Of a DNA stretch of 64,000 nt, positions 51,066-62,659 are shown piece after piece. Numbering within the stretch: the stretch's first letter is position 1; each line of letters starts with the position of its first letter. A program made the position numbers and the translations under genes. The stretch is from Antedon mediterranea (lineage: Eukaryota; Animalia; Echinodermata), in the NCBI RefSeq assembly GCF_964355755.1, contig NC_092673.1:27959648-28023647 (forward strand). Reading direction: 5' to 3'. The notes beneath the pieces are model-generated. The model was not told where the DNA came from and ran no database searches. It saw nothing but the letters and a program-made list of their open reading frames with translations.

Positions 51066-51328
51066 AGGTGTATTGTCCCCCTGAAAAAATAATTCTTAAA
51101 ATGTTTTTTGTTGAATATACAATTTTAATTTCACATAAATAGTTATCCACTTTGACCAAAATATGGATTGAAAAAAAAAATTTTTTACATGAAAAAACTG
51201 TAATTTAAAGCAAAAAACAGTCAAATTGGCTGCTAGCCAATAGATTTTTGGTTGGGAAGTCATTAACTTTAACTTTATTAAAACTGATTTAATTAATTTT
51301 CATTTTTCATGTTTTTGGGGGTACATCT
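51066..51328. mobile_element. TTAA-flanked MITE family C (Kolobok/piggyBac-type)
   Basis: TTAA|AGGTGTATTGTCCCC ... GGGGTACATCT|TTAA; fragments also ~43690, ~45570-45845, ~55430-55665. Confidence 0.6.
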
Positions 51329-51397
51329 TTAAAGTTCAAAATCCACCATTTAAATTTAATTGTGCTATTTGAATCACTATTTTTATTGTTATTCCAG

Positions 51398-51538
51398 TAA
51401 TTGACCACTGCTTTGAAGGAACTGATGATTGTCGAGAAAGGTTGTTAAGTGTTTGCGTCTTCACGGGAGATGACATGTTTGAATGCAACACATGTTACGA
51501 TGGATATGAGTATAATGCAGATAACACAGCTTGTATTG
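51398..51538 (+). CDS. Exon 42: EGF-like
   Basis: IDHCFEGTDDC..; 141 nt. Confidence 0.84.
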
Positions 51539-51868
51539 GTAAAGTTATATATTTTTTATATTAAAGCCTCGATCACATTGGATTTAATTTGGTCAAATTA
51601 ACCGAGTTTCCAGCGAAAGTGACCAAGAAAAGTCCAACTTGAACACTGGCTACAATTCCCACAGTGTTAAATTAACCAAGTCCAATAGTTACTTTTACCA
51701 ACCACTGCCTGCTCAATAAAACTTACCATGGTCTTGGCTAAAAGGTCCAATCCAAATGTGTTTAAGATAGGAATCAATATTAAACAACGTAAAAATAATA
51801 ATGTTTTATTTTAGTTCAAAATGAAATGTTATAATAATTCATTTTTTTTTCCTTTTATCTTTTTTCAG

Positions 51869-51988
51869 ACAACAATGAATGTGATGACAATCCATGTTCA
51901 ACAAATGAAATTTGTAATAATACAGTTGGTAGCTTTACATGTGATTGTATCACAGGATTTGTACGTAATGACAGTAACATATGTATTG
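51869..51988 (+). CDS. Exon 43: cbEGF
   Basis: [16 protein letters not shown]; 120 nt. Confidence 0.87.
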
Positions 51989-52094
51989 GTAAGGCTAAAA
52001 TTCTTAATTTCTTAATTATAGTATGTTAGTAATATCTTGCAGTTTCTATAACTATAGAGCCGTTCTGACAATTTTTACTTTTATCTTATTTCAG

Positions 52095-52214
52095 ACGACA
52101 ATGAATGTGATGACAATCCATGTTCAACAAATGAAGTTTGTGAGAATACCGTTGGTGGCTTCACTTGTGATTGTGACACTGGTTTTGAACGTGATAGCAA
52201 TAATGCCTGTATTG
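52095..52214 (+). CDS. Exon 44: cbEGF
   Basis: [16 protein letters not shown]; 120 nt. Confidence 0.87.
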
Positions 52215-52416
52215 GTAAGTCTTGATCTTCAGACCAAATTTCTAAATTTTGATTTTTTCTTTTATGGTGAAAAACCGCATTAATTTCTGACAATCTTTTA
52301 CAAGATAGTTTTTAAATTAATATTTTTATAATTCACAAGACCTCTTTCTCCTTATTAAAGTTACTTCATCGTAGTATGTCCCTATACAATATTATAAGAA
52401 ACATACTTTCTTACAG

Positions 52417-52536
52417 ATATAAATGAGTGTGATAATGATCCTTGCCCAGAGTTCACGACTTGTTCTAATACGATGGGCAGTTACGTTTGCAATTGTGCAA
52501 CTCAAGGCTTTATTAGCGTAGACGGTGTATGTGTAG
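52417..52536 (+). CDS. Exon 45: cbEGF
   Basis: DINECDNDPC; 120 nt. Confidence 0.86.
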
Positions 52537-52920
52537 GTAAGTCATCCACTGAAAGAAAGCTACAGTAAATCCATATAAATCTTCATTTGATGGGGTTTAC
52601 AACTGATAGGACAAGACATGATGATATCTATATTGTTTAGTAATTGTTTTTATTTTTTGAGTAAACTTTTTTATTACAAATAATAAGGAGCTTTCAGTTG
52701 GCGATAAACTTTACATTGATGTGTTGTTGGTTGTCGCCCGGACCTAGAAACCATCAAAAAGGGTAAAGAAAGAGAGCTACAGTAGAAAGCACGCCTCCAA
52801 CTTCCCCTCATTCGTACAATGAATTAACATGCCCTAACTTTACGGTTCTTCTTCCTCTATAATTATTTCTCAGACTAGAACCATACCATGTTGATGCTTT
52901 ATGTTTGTTTGTTTTTTTAG

Positions 52921-53043
52921 ATAACAATGAATGCGATACTATTTCTCCATGTTCAACAAATGAAGTTTGTAATAATACGATTGGAAGCTACACTTGTGAA
53001 TGCGACTCTGGGTATGAACGTGATGGCAATAACGATTGTGTCG
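52921..53043 (+). CDS. Exon 46: cbEGF
   Basis: DNNEC..CSTNEVC; 123 nt. Confidence 0.87.
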
Positions 53044-53182
53044 GTAAGGTTTGATATTTGTTTTTTCGGGTACATTTTAAAATTTTATATTACAATTTTC
53101 ATACAGTTGTTCCTTGAAAATCACATCTCTGGGAAGAACTATACCATTTGATAATTAAAGTTCCATTGTTATTTCATTCTAG

Positions 53183-53305
53183 ATGATGATGAGTGTGATG
53201 ATATGAATACATGTTCAACAAATGAAGTTTGTAATAATACGATTGGAAGCTACACTTGTGATTGTGCCACAGGATATGTTCGTGATGGCAGTAACAATTG
53301 TATCG
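53183..53305 (+). CDS. Exon 47: cbEGF
   Basis: DDDEC..CSTNEVC; 123 nt. Confidence 0.87.
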
Positions 53306-53424
53306 GTAAGCTTTATTAATTGATTTTCCAGGTCATTTTTTTTTTTATTTTTATGAATTTTAGGTTATTTCTTGGACTAAAACCATACCATTCAATAATT
53401 TTTATTATTTTTAATTTATTCTAG

Positions 53425-53544
53425 ATTACAATGAATGTGATGATGATCCATGTTCGACAATTGAAGTTTGTGTGAATACAGATGGTAGCTACACTTGTAA
53501 TTGTGACACAGGATATGAACGCGATGGAAATAACCCCTGTATTG
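53425..53544 (+). CDS. Exon 48: cbEGF
   Basis: DYNECDDDPC; 120 nt. Confidence 0.87.
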
Positions 53545-53876
53545 GTAAGATTTAAAGCCTAATATTGTGTAATCTGTATGCTAATCATTACAATTAAAAT
53601 CATAGAAAATAAAAGATGTTTAGTAGAACCTTGTTACTGCTGCTATATGTTATTCTGTGGCAGATCTAGAAAAACAAAGCAAAGTACAAAATGATAAATG
53701 GTTGTTTCAGTTTTCCTAAAAAATCACTCTATTTAATAAAATGTCCCATTTTATTTTTAAACTATTCAACAGCAGCATTGCCACCCTTTTTGTGCCTTTT
53801 CAACGCACTTTACAGTTACACCATCCATTATTCACATAAATTAATATTTTTTACATGTAACATTTGTTTGCTTTAG

Positions 53877-54002
53877 ATATCAATGAATGCGCTACGCTCA
53901 CCAATCCCTGTGGAGCAAATGAAGACTGTACGAATACAATCGGAAGTTACACATGTACATGCTCGCCAGGCTTTGTACCTTCAACGAATGGAGGATGTTT
54001 AG
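53877..54002 (+). CDS. Exon 49: cbEGF
   Basis: DINEC..GSYTCTC; 126 nt. Confidence 0.86.
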   Translation: MSMNALRSPIPVEQMKTVRIQSEVTHVHARQALYLQRMEDV

Positions 54003-54456
54003 GTCAGTAGCAAAGCTAAATTGTTTGTTCATGTGCTTATTTGAAAAGCTTATCCAAATACTATTTTTTTTTACACTTTTGTGAAAAATCGCTTTTCACC
54101 ATCCCAACAAAAAGTACATTACAAACCAATTATGCGATGGGACACTCCGGATTTGAACAATGGCGTAACAGATGAGCGCCTACTGCTAAACCCAGGGGGT
54201 ACCAAAGGGGGTTCCTTTGCAGTTCACGACAATGCTCTGTCCCCAGTGTTAGAGGGATGTTTGAGCCAAGCATGTCAACCACCACTCAGTTCCATTGCTG
54301 TATATTCCGTATACCGGTACTATTTTAGTGTACAGTTCTTAAAGAATTTAGGCTCCAAAGATCTGACCCTCAATCACAAAAAGATATTTTCGGTTAACAT
54401 TTGTTATTACTGTTTAATCACAAATTATTAAACGTTACTTTTACCTCCATTTATAG

Positions 54457-54590
54457 TTTCACTCCAATATCGCGGTGAATTACGAGTGATAGAAGTTAAT
54501 GGGTCAGCAGACTTAGCACAATATGTTGATGACCTCATGGATAGTTCAACAGAATTATATCAGTCCATTGAAACAGTAATATTAGCAGTT
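54457..54590 (+). CDS. Exon 50: SEA domain 2, first half
   Basis: YRGELRVIEV...YVDDLMDSSTELYQSIE; phase 1-0. Confidence 0.85.
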
Positions 54591-54999
54591 GTAAGTATTA
54601 AAACATTAATATATTTATTTTTTCATTATACTGGGAGACCTCTACAGTCAAAGATATTCTCACAGACTACTCAATTGTGAACTAGTACACCGGGGTAATC
54701 CCTACTTGTCTCATTTTGTGTATACGGACCTACCATTTACAATCTTTTCTGAGAAAATTTGTTCCACCACCAAAACCAAGGGGCGAGTGAACCTCGAAAC
54801 TTGCCAATATTATGGCTAAAGCAAGTTTCCAAAATTGCAATGCAAAACATGGGTCATATCTTAAGTTCAGCACTTCATTTTACAATGTTTAGGACCTTCT
54901 CTCTCTAACTCAAAATCATAAATCTCCCTCTGCTAATACACTTTACCATTTTTATTCAAATTATCACATTTTATTTAAACACATTCAAACATTCTACAG

Positions 55000-55231
55000 G
55001 TCGACGATTACTACAGTACTCAGTATCCATACACTTTTTACCAAAGCTCGTTAGTAGGATTTAAAGATGGGAGTATTATTGCAGTGTATTTATTAGACTT
55101 CTTGACCAACTCAACTGAACAAGCCAATCAACTCCTACAGGATCTAATTATGAGTTCCACTGAAGGCGTAATTACGTTAGACGACGGTAGAAGTGTAACG
55201 CTTGATGTTGAACACGATGCTGTGGGTGAAG
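55000..55231 (+). CDS. Exon 51: SEA domain 2, second half
   Basis: LVGFKDGSIIAVYLLDF matches the SEA FxxG/SVV motif; phase 0-1. Confidence 0.87.
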
Positions 55232-56212
55232 GTATGCTTTTTATTAATTTTTTTTTTAATAAATACTTTATTCAACAAGGGTAGCTCTAACAGCTGTCTA
55301 CAGCAGTACAGCTGACTTGAAGAGGCCCTCTTAAAAACAATACAAAAATATACAAACATAAAGATACAATAGGAATCATAAAGTTCACATTAAATTTACA
55401 CATATGTATTATATATGGAGGTAGAGCTTTTTGTTGAATATGCCATTTTAATATCGCATAATAGTTATTCACTTTGACAAAAACTTGGATCAAAAACCAA
55501 ATTATTTACCTGAAAAAACTGTAACTTAAAGCAAAACAATAGGTTTTTGGTTGAATTTAACCGTTTATTCCGTCTTTTATAAGTAAAAACATTTGTTTTT
55601 CTACGGAAGTGATTGACTTTGAAATGGCATATTCAAAGTCGTTTATTTTCTTTATTGTTCATGTTTTAAAGATTGTTAAAAATGTATTGTGTATCAGTGC
55701 ACAGTACTAGAAAAGAACAAAAATGACAGGTTGTTTGAAGAGTAGCTTGTTTATTATTTATTGTAAAATGTTAACCTTTTGAACCAACCTTGTTAAATCA
55801 TAAAGCTGTGCTATAGAACTTCTAATCTTACATTTTGAAAAAGTACTTATTTATTACACGATCCCTACCTAATACTGCTGCCAAATTATAATGTTGTCAG
55901 CAACAAGCAAGCTCTAAACCTGGAGCTAATCTTGTCTACACTATCAAACTAGAAAAAATTTGCCCAAATATGGTAGTGATATGCCCAAACATGGTAGTGA
56001 TATAACATCATCATGTCCACATTTTTTTGTCACATAAAGTTTGATAGTGTAGACAAGGCTACTTTATGTGACAAAAAAATGTGATGTGCCCATATACAGT
56101 ACTGTATGGAAAAGATGATGTCATATCACTATTTTTTGTTCAAACTAGATTCCAGATTGTCATCCTTGTATGATTAAATGAATTATATATATTTTCACTT
56201 TTCTCTTTGTAG

Positions 56213-56297
56213 ATACTCCTATTGTATGTGATGATGATTTACATTGTAATGGGAACGGGGATTGTACAGTAAATGATTTACTAGAGAGAGTATGTAG
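56213..56297 (+). CDS. Exon 52: juxtamembrane EGF
   Basis: CDDDLHCNGNGDC; phase 1-2. Confidence 0.83.
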
Positions 56298-56789
56298 GTA
56301 AGTACAATTATGTAATGGCTGTGTTTTTAGTTGTGAATATGACATTTATTTTTTTCTATTTTTTGGAAATACATATAAGTTAAATGAACTGAATACCAAC
56401 AAATAAATAAACAGTATTCTTTAATTTATTGTATTAGAATTTTGATCCATGAGCACTAATAAATGGGAGATTTGTTAATGCTTATGAAAAGTTAAGTTAT
56501 AGACCCCATTTACACTTACGATTTTGGAAATCGATAAGTTTAAATGAAGTCAAAGAATGTGTAGTTGCAGTGGTAGATTTCTCTATATTAATACGGATTT
56601 ATCAATATATCCTCATTTATTATATTTGAACAAAACAGAAGATGGGAAAAAACAATAAAATCACTATTAAAACCAATAGAAAAACAATCTCAAAAAGAAT
56701 TCTTAGAAATGAATGTTTATGAGTTGAATGAGAACAATATTTTCATGCGTTGAAATGTTGTTAAAATGTAACTATCTTCTTGATTTTAG

Positions 56790-56891
56790 TTGTTTTGACG
56801 GTTTCTCTAACGAAACATGTGATGCGTGTTACGACTCTTACTGTAATGATAAAGGAACGTGTTCAGTAAATGATAACACCCGTACTTGCAC
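56790..56891 (+). CDS. Exon 53: juxtamembrane EGF
   Basis: CFDGFSNETC..YCNDKGTC; phase 2-2. Confidence 0.83.
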
Positions 56892-57485
56892 GTGAGTAGC
56901 TTCAAATTTTTTTTTATTATTTATGTAATTATAAATAATAATTTATTAACAGAATTTATTAATAAATTTATAATATCTTATCTAGATAAATAATAAATTG
57001 ATTTAATTTTTTTTTTTTTTTTTTGTACAATTTATTTTTACACTACAGACTGTTTCATGAAGTACATACAAATCTCTCTTTGTTTGTATTTCAAATCCAT
57101 ACACCACACATATCATAAAAATAGTCACATGATAAAGCAAAGAAACAAAAACAAAAAAAAACATTTGATGATGAATTCAGGACATCCCAATTAATCCTAA
57201 AAATAAAAATCAGTTTTCGTTGGGGTTCGAAAAAATTAAATAAAAAACCATAAAACGAAGAAAATGAGAAGTAGGAAATAGGCATATAGATAAACAAACA
57301 ACAGTGATTGAATATATCCAATCACTAGATGCTAGGTCCTGAGTAGAGCATAAAGATCTGATCTATAGAATTATTTTTCGGTGAAATAAATGATTTGTAA
57401 TGTCTTGGTTGGTTGGTCTTATTGTGTAGGTTTTATGTATATAATGTGTAATAACAAATTTATTGGGTAAATTTTTTTTTTTCAG

Positions 57486-57526
57486 ATGTTTGGAAGGATA
57501 TGAAGGAACCGAATGTCAGGATGAAA
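57486..57526 (+). CDS. Exon 54: EGF end (41 nt)
   Basis: CLEGYEGTECQ; phase 2-1. Confidence 0.82.
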
Positions 57527-57676
57527 GTAAGTGAAGCCAATTTTTATATATATTTTTAAATATATAATTCAGTATCTGATAAAAAAAAAAAACTGGGATA
57601 GCTTGCAAATTATATAAATAAATAAACGTAAAACCACTAATGTGTCTAATTGTATGTAATCTATTTTGCCCGACAG

Positions 57677-57969
57677 CTTCATCTGGAATCGTAGTGTTAA
57701 TTATCGTGATTGTATCATGCGTGATCCTAGCGATTGCATTACTACTGCTCATCGTGTTCATCATACTCATCCGCCGTAAACAACACGATAAGTTCCAATT
57801 TCGTAGTAAGCAGCAAGGTCCCTTCATGGTGCGTAATCCAACGGCCGGAATTCCAGTGTTCACAACAGATTTTGAGACCGAATCAAATGATGACTATTCT
57901 CGTCATAATAGTTTAGATGCCAGAATGCGCCACTTAGCTGGTGTACTCAACAGATCACCGTATCTAACT
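57677..57969 (+). CDS. Exon 55: transmembrane helix plus cytoplasmic tail
   Basis: GIVVLIIVIVSCVILAIALLLLIVFIILI followed by RRK stop-transfer. Confidence 0.9.
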
Positions 57970-57997
57970 GTAAGTATTGCTTTTTTTAAATTGTATA

Positions 57998-58172
57998 CTG
58001 TAAAACCTCGACAAGAAGCCCATGGGCTTGTACTTTTTTTGTACTCTTAGGTGGGCTCCTTTTCAAGATTATTTTCGAGATTACTTCTGCATACCAAATA
58101 TGGGAGCTACTTTTTGAGATGGGCTTCTTTCCTAAATGAAGCCCAGGGGGCCTTCTGTTTGGGGTTTTACAG
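57998..58172. mobile_element. TA-flanked MITE (Tc1/mariner-type)
   Basis: TA|CTGTAAAACC ... GGTTTTACAG|TA. Confidence 0.65.
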
Positions 58173-58544
58173 TATTGTAATTTCTTTATTTATTTCAAGG
58201 TAAAATAGAGAGTACAATAGGCACATATGGTGTGGAGCTTTTCCACTAACAAATAATACATACTAAAAAAATAATATAATATGTGAAATGAACCGTATTT
58301 CTTTTATAATTTGTTTAAAATGAAAATACAGAGACGGTCCAGGATTTGTTAAACAATGGGAGCGGTAACATATAATATTAATAGGCTGTCAAAAATGGAT
58401 ATTAAAAAGTTGCATGACAACATCACCAGAAACACCTGACCCTGAAATACAACATAAATATTATGAAAAACATTCTTTCTTACCAATCTTAGAAACAAAT
58501 GTTTATAGCTGGATTTAAATGCTTGTTTTACTTTTAATTGATTA

Positions 58545-58815
58545 TATTGATTGATGATTGGTTAATTGATTGATTAATTGATTGATCTATTAATTGATCT
58601 ATTAATTATAAGAGTATTGGATTGATCAGTATATGGAATTTATTACTTGATTGTTAATCAATGTATTGATCAATTAATTATAGTATATTGAAATCGATAG
58701 ATTGATTTGCTTGGTTGATTAATTTATTAGTGTTTATTGAATAATTAGTTAACAAATTAATCATTGATTATAATTAATTTCAAAGATTGATTAGTCGATT
58801 GATTGATTGATTTAT
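58545..58815. repeat. Degenerate (ATTG)n low-complexity tract
   Basis: Many TTGA/ATTG units. Confidence 0.7.
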
Positions 58816-58885
58816 TTATTATTGATAGTTAGAATAATTTATTTTACCTCAAAAATTATTCGTAAATATTCATTTTACAAAACAG

Positions 58886-58987
58886 AATCAAGTACGATCG
58901 TCAACACAATCAGATGAATCCGAGGTGTCATCCAATCAATTCATGCGTCCATATGTTGCTACAGGAATGGAAGCTAGTACACTGGAG
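58886..58987 (+). CDS. Exon 56: cytoplasmic tail
   Basis: NQVRSS...FMRPYVATG; phase 0-0. Confidence 0.78.
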
Positions 58988-59082
58988 GTATGGCTTTAAA
59001 TATTTAATGTTATTATCCTAGGTTTTAACTGGGTTTTCAAAAACCACACAACATACTGTGAACAAAAGTATGTTTTCTTTCA

Positions 59083-59235
59083 AGATTGGTTCCCATTTGG
59101 ACGAGCGTACGTGCAACGCAAGTGAGTTGACCAATCACAATCGACAGTTTAGATGATTCATTGCGTCATGATTGGTCAAATTACGTTTGACGTTGCACTT
59201 ACGTCCTTGCATTGCATCCTAGTGGGAACCAAGCT
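59083..59235. mobile_element. MITE family D (TIR ~AGCTTGGTTCCCACTAGG)
   Basis: Inverted ends TTGGTTCCCA/TGGGAACCAA; related fragments ~23495-23620, ~61255-61330, ~63247. Confidence 0.55.
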
Positions 59236-59248
59236 AAAGCCATTATAA

Positions 59249-59362
59249 AGCTCTGTCTACACTATCAAACTTTATGTGACAACAAAATGTGATGTGCCCA
59301 TATCACCACCATATTTGGGCACACTTTTGTTGTCAAACTAGTTTGATAGTGTAGAAAGAGCT
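59249..59362. mobile_element. MITE family A copy
   Basis: Same TIRs. Confidence 0.75.
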
Positions 59363-59913
59363 TTATTGAATAGAACAATTCTACATTCCTTTTAGTTCCA
59401 TTGTACTGTATTCTAAACTATTACTCAGCTTGCCGTATCAATTATTCGCCCACTTTTGTTTGTTCAAGCGTCTGTTATTATATATTTTTATTTTGTTTTT
59501 CCTTCTTGCGGCATGTCACTTCAACATTTAAAGCTTGTTAAATTCTCCTAAAAATATATAATAAAATAATGATTAAATACTACAGTATATAATCATAAAT
59601 TAAACTTTTATTCAGGTTATTGATTTTATCATTTATATGGATATTTTAAAAATCAAAAACTTGAATTCAACATAAACCAAACTTTGCATTTAAAACATGC
59701 TAAATTATCCTTAAAAATGTATAATAAAATAATAATTAAATTCTAGTTATTATATAATATTATCATTAATAATAAATTAAACTTTTATTTAGATTAAACT
59801 GATTAATCAATTTCTTAAATTATTATTATTAAATTAATATCATAAAAATTCAATCCTTAACAGCGATTTGATCATCCCTCAAAATGCGCTTTAAAATAAT
59901 ATAATAATGTTAA

Positions 59914-60319
59914 AGATGTAGTGTCCCAAAAAACATGAAAAATGAAGATTAATAAATCAGACTTTGAATAGACCATTTTGTGGTTATAATAAAGTTAATC
60001 ACTTCCATAGGAAAAAACTTATAAAATTAAGTTGACTTGATTGTTTTGCTTTAAATTAAATGGTTTTTTTTAAAGTAAATTCATGTTTTTTCGATCCGAT
60101 TTTTGGTCAAAGTGGATAACTATTATGCCACTTTAAAATAGCATATTCAACAAATATTGGACAATATATCGTTAAAGCAAAAAAATACCTAAATTGTCTG
60201 TCAGACAATCTCTTTTATCTCACAGAAGTGAATAACTTTATTATAACTGCAAAATGGTCTATTTAAAGTCTGATTTTATTAATCTTTATTTTTTATGTTT
60301 TTTGGGGGACAATACATCT
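59914..60319. mobile_element. TTAA-flanked family C element with ~95-bp inverted ends
   Basis: TTAA|AGATGTAGTGTCCC ... GGGACAATACATCT|TTAA. Confidence 0.7.
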
Positions 60320-60391
60320 TTAATACTTATAATAATCAAGTTATAGATTTGATTTAAATACATATTTACACTAATATTGTTTAACTTGTAG

Positions 60392-60487
60392 GGATATACA
60401 ACAGATGGTAGTGATTATGACGAGAGAGAACGACGAAATCGCTACCTATTCACACCTAACACTGCAAGTAGACAGTTCTACTTCTAA
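60392..60487 (+). CDS. Exon 57: last coding exon, ends RQFYF*
   Basis: TGTAG acceptor, phase 0, TAA stop followed by AT-rich UTR-like sequence with AATAAA motifs. Confidence 0.72.
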   Translation, partial: GYTTDGSDYDERERRNRYLFTPNTASRQFYF

Positions 60488-61406
60488 ACTAAATAATATT
60501 AATACAATATAATAAATAATTTAATATAGTCTTTATCAACCAATGTCTAAATTATTAGCAGTTATTGTTTAGAGGTGTTTGTATAATAAATATATTAGAA
60601 AGTAGTTTATTAGATAGCCTATAATGACGTTTTTGATACTATTAAAAAATTAATACATTTAAAAAAATATTATATAAACTATATATAAATTATATTCGTC
60701 TTCAATTTAAGTATGTATTCTGAATACACTTGTGTGTGATGGGTTTTTGATAAATAAAATAAAGAACATTTAATAATCTTTATATAGGTGTATTATATCG
60801 CAGAATTCATTGAATATTTTTTATATGAATTAACCAGATATAATTTACTTTAGGTGTATTATATCCGAGAATTAAATATTTTTAGATAAAATAAATCATA
60901 AATTATTAATTATTTGTGTATAGGTATATGTATGGTGTAATTTATATATATGAAAATAATTTGAGACAAAAAAGTAATCTTGAAAATGCGGCAAATAATT
61001 TAAATATATTGTGCATACGTTTCTACAGGATACATGCTAGTTATTAGTTAGTAAATTATTTAAATGTAAATTTATAAAAAGTATACATAATCTAAATAGT
61101 ATTTTACTTGTTTATTGTAATATTTTTGTAGTATATATATATATCTAATATTTTAAATAAAATGGTACTGCAAAGGTATTTTTTCGTTATTCTTGAAAAT
61201 ACTGGGTATATAGAAATTGAAAACAACTAAGCATCGAACACAGTGTTATTTTACTACGTAATGACGCAAGCGTGTTGACCAATGATAAGCGACAGTTGGA
61301 ATATTAAATCGCTTGTGATTGGTCAACTAACTTACTCCGGACATGTACCGAGAGTACTCCAGACGTTTACCGAGCGTACTCCGGACGTCCGAACGTGTAC
61401 CGGGCG

Positions 61407-62274
61407 GCGATTTTTTTTTTTCGTACATAAGTTGGGGACCCCCTCATGAAACGTCACAAAATAAACATGAATAATTCATCAGTTAAATGTTCTTGTTCCG
61501 TGTGCACCCAAGCGTATAGCAACAAGAAGTGATTACACAAGTGCGGTACGATTCTAGGCCTATCTCTGCGCTGTTGTTGCGGCGTGCGATTTCATAGAAG
61601 AATAGCGGTGTTTTGTGTGGATTGTCGAAATAATCAGCCTTTAGTTTATGATAGTGTTTTTAATATAATTTATTACTAAAGAATTACGTGTTAAAATTAT
61701 AGTTTCTATTAATACTATTAGGCCTAGGCCTAATTATTAGTCTCTAAACATGTCTAGCTGTGGGTGTTATAGGTATGACACAATCCGAGTAATAAGTCAG
61801 CAAAATTAAACAATAAACATTACACAAAAATACATTTTTTATTCTCGTGGGTCTAATCTTTCATATACGCGCATTTTTAAAGTTCCTTTGAGTACATGCA
61901 TTGTTTGATAATAAAATAGCAGAATTTAAAAAAATACAGTACACAAATTATACACATTCTTTATTCTTGTGGGTCTAAGCTTTCTTTGGGCTATGTCCAA
62001 TGAATTACTACTTAGTTTAATGTCTTGCCTAGCTGTCGATTAGCCTCGACTCGACACATTGTGTGTGAAGAAGAGTGCGCGAAGGCAATCGCGTGAATTG
62101 ACTTAGAATCCTAGGCCTACTGTAGAAAGTATCGTATCGCAGTTGTGTAATCGCTTCTTGTTGCTATACGCTAGGGTGCACACGGAACAACACATTTAAC
62201 TGATGAATTATTCATGTTTATTTTGTGACGTTTCATGAGGGGGTCCCCAACTTATGTACGAAAAAAAAAATCGC
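61407..62274. mobile_element. Non-autonomous Mutator-like element (868 bp)
   Basis: ~150-bp TIRs starting GCGATTTTT; exact 9-bp TSD TACCGGGCG (61398-406 / 62275-283). Confidence 0.85.
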
Positions 62275-62659
62275 TACCGGGCGTACTCCGGACGTGTATC
62301 GGGTGTACTCCAGACGTGTACCGGGTATGTACATTAATCTAGCTCTGTCTACACCATGGTAATTGATACATATCATTTTTATACCTATCCCTACTTCTAA
62401 CAAACAGAGAATACTGTTACATTGTACTTTATTATATGGTTCAGGTTCAGTTGAAATTGAAGTATGCCTTTGATGATTTTTACACAATTTATAATACTAT
62501 TACCGTCATTCTTTAGAGGTAAAGGTAATGCCAAAAAATACATTCAAAAGATGTATTGTTAACATTACTTGTCCATTCATGGAAAAATAAAACACCCTTC
62601 AAATCTTGATATAATAGTACAAACATAACATTAACACAAAGTTTATATTTCTGGCGGTT

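Larger units (their letters stand above)
1..60487 (+). other. Giant transmembrane mucin gene (PTS-LDLa-Sushi-EGF-NIDO-AMOP-VWD-EGF-SEA-TM), 5'-truncated by window edge; 57 coding exons
   Basis: All exons listed below join in compatible phase with AG acceptors and GT (two GC) donors; summed length 21,480 nt = 7,160 codons ending TAA at 60485-60487. Confidence 0.9.

Noticed and set aside
48620-54330. GC-richer intronic patches with short ORFs (48623..48908, 54081..54431)
   Set aside because: No compatible splice sites or recognisable motifs; probably unclassified repeat fragments.
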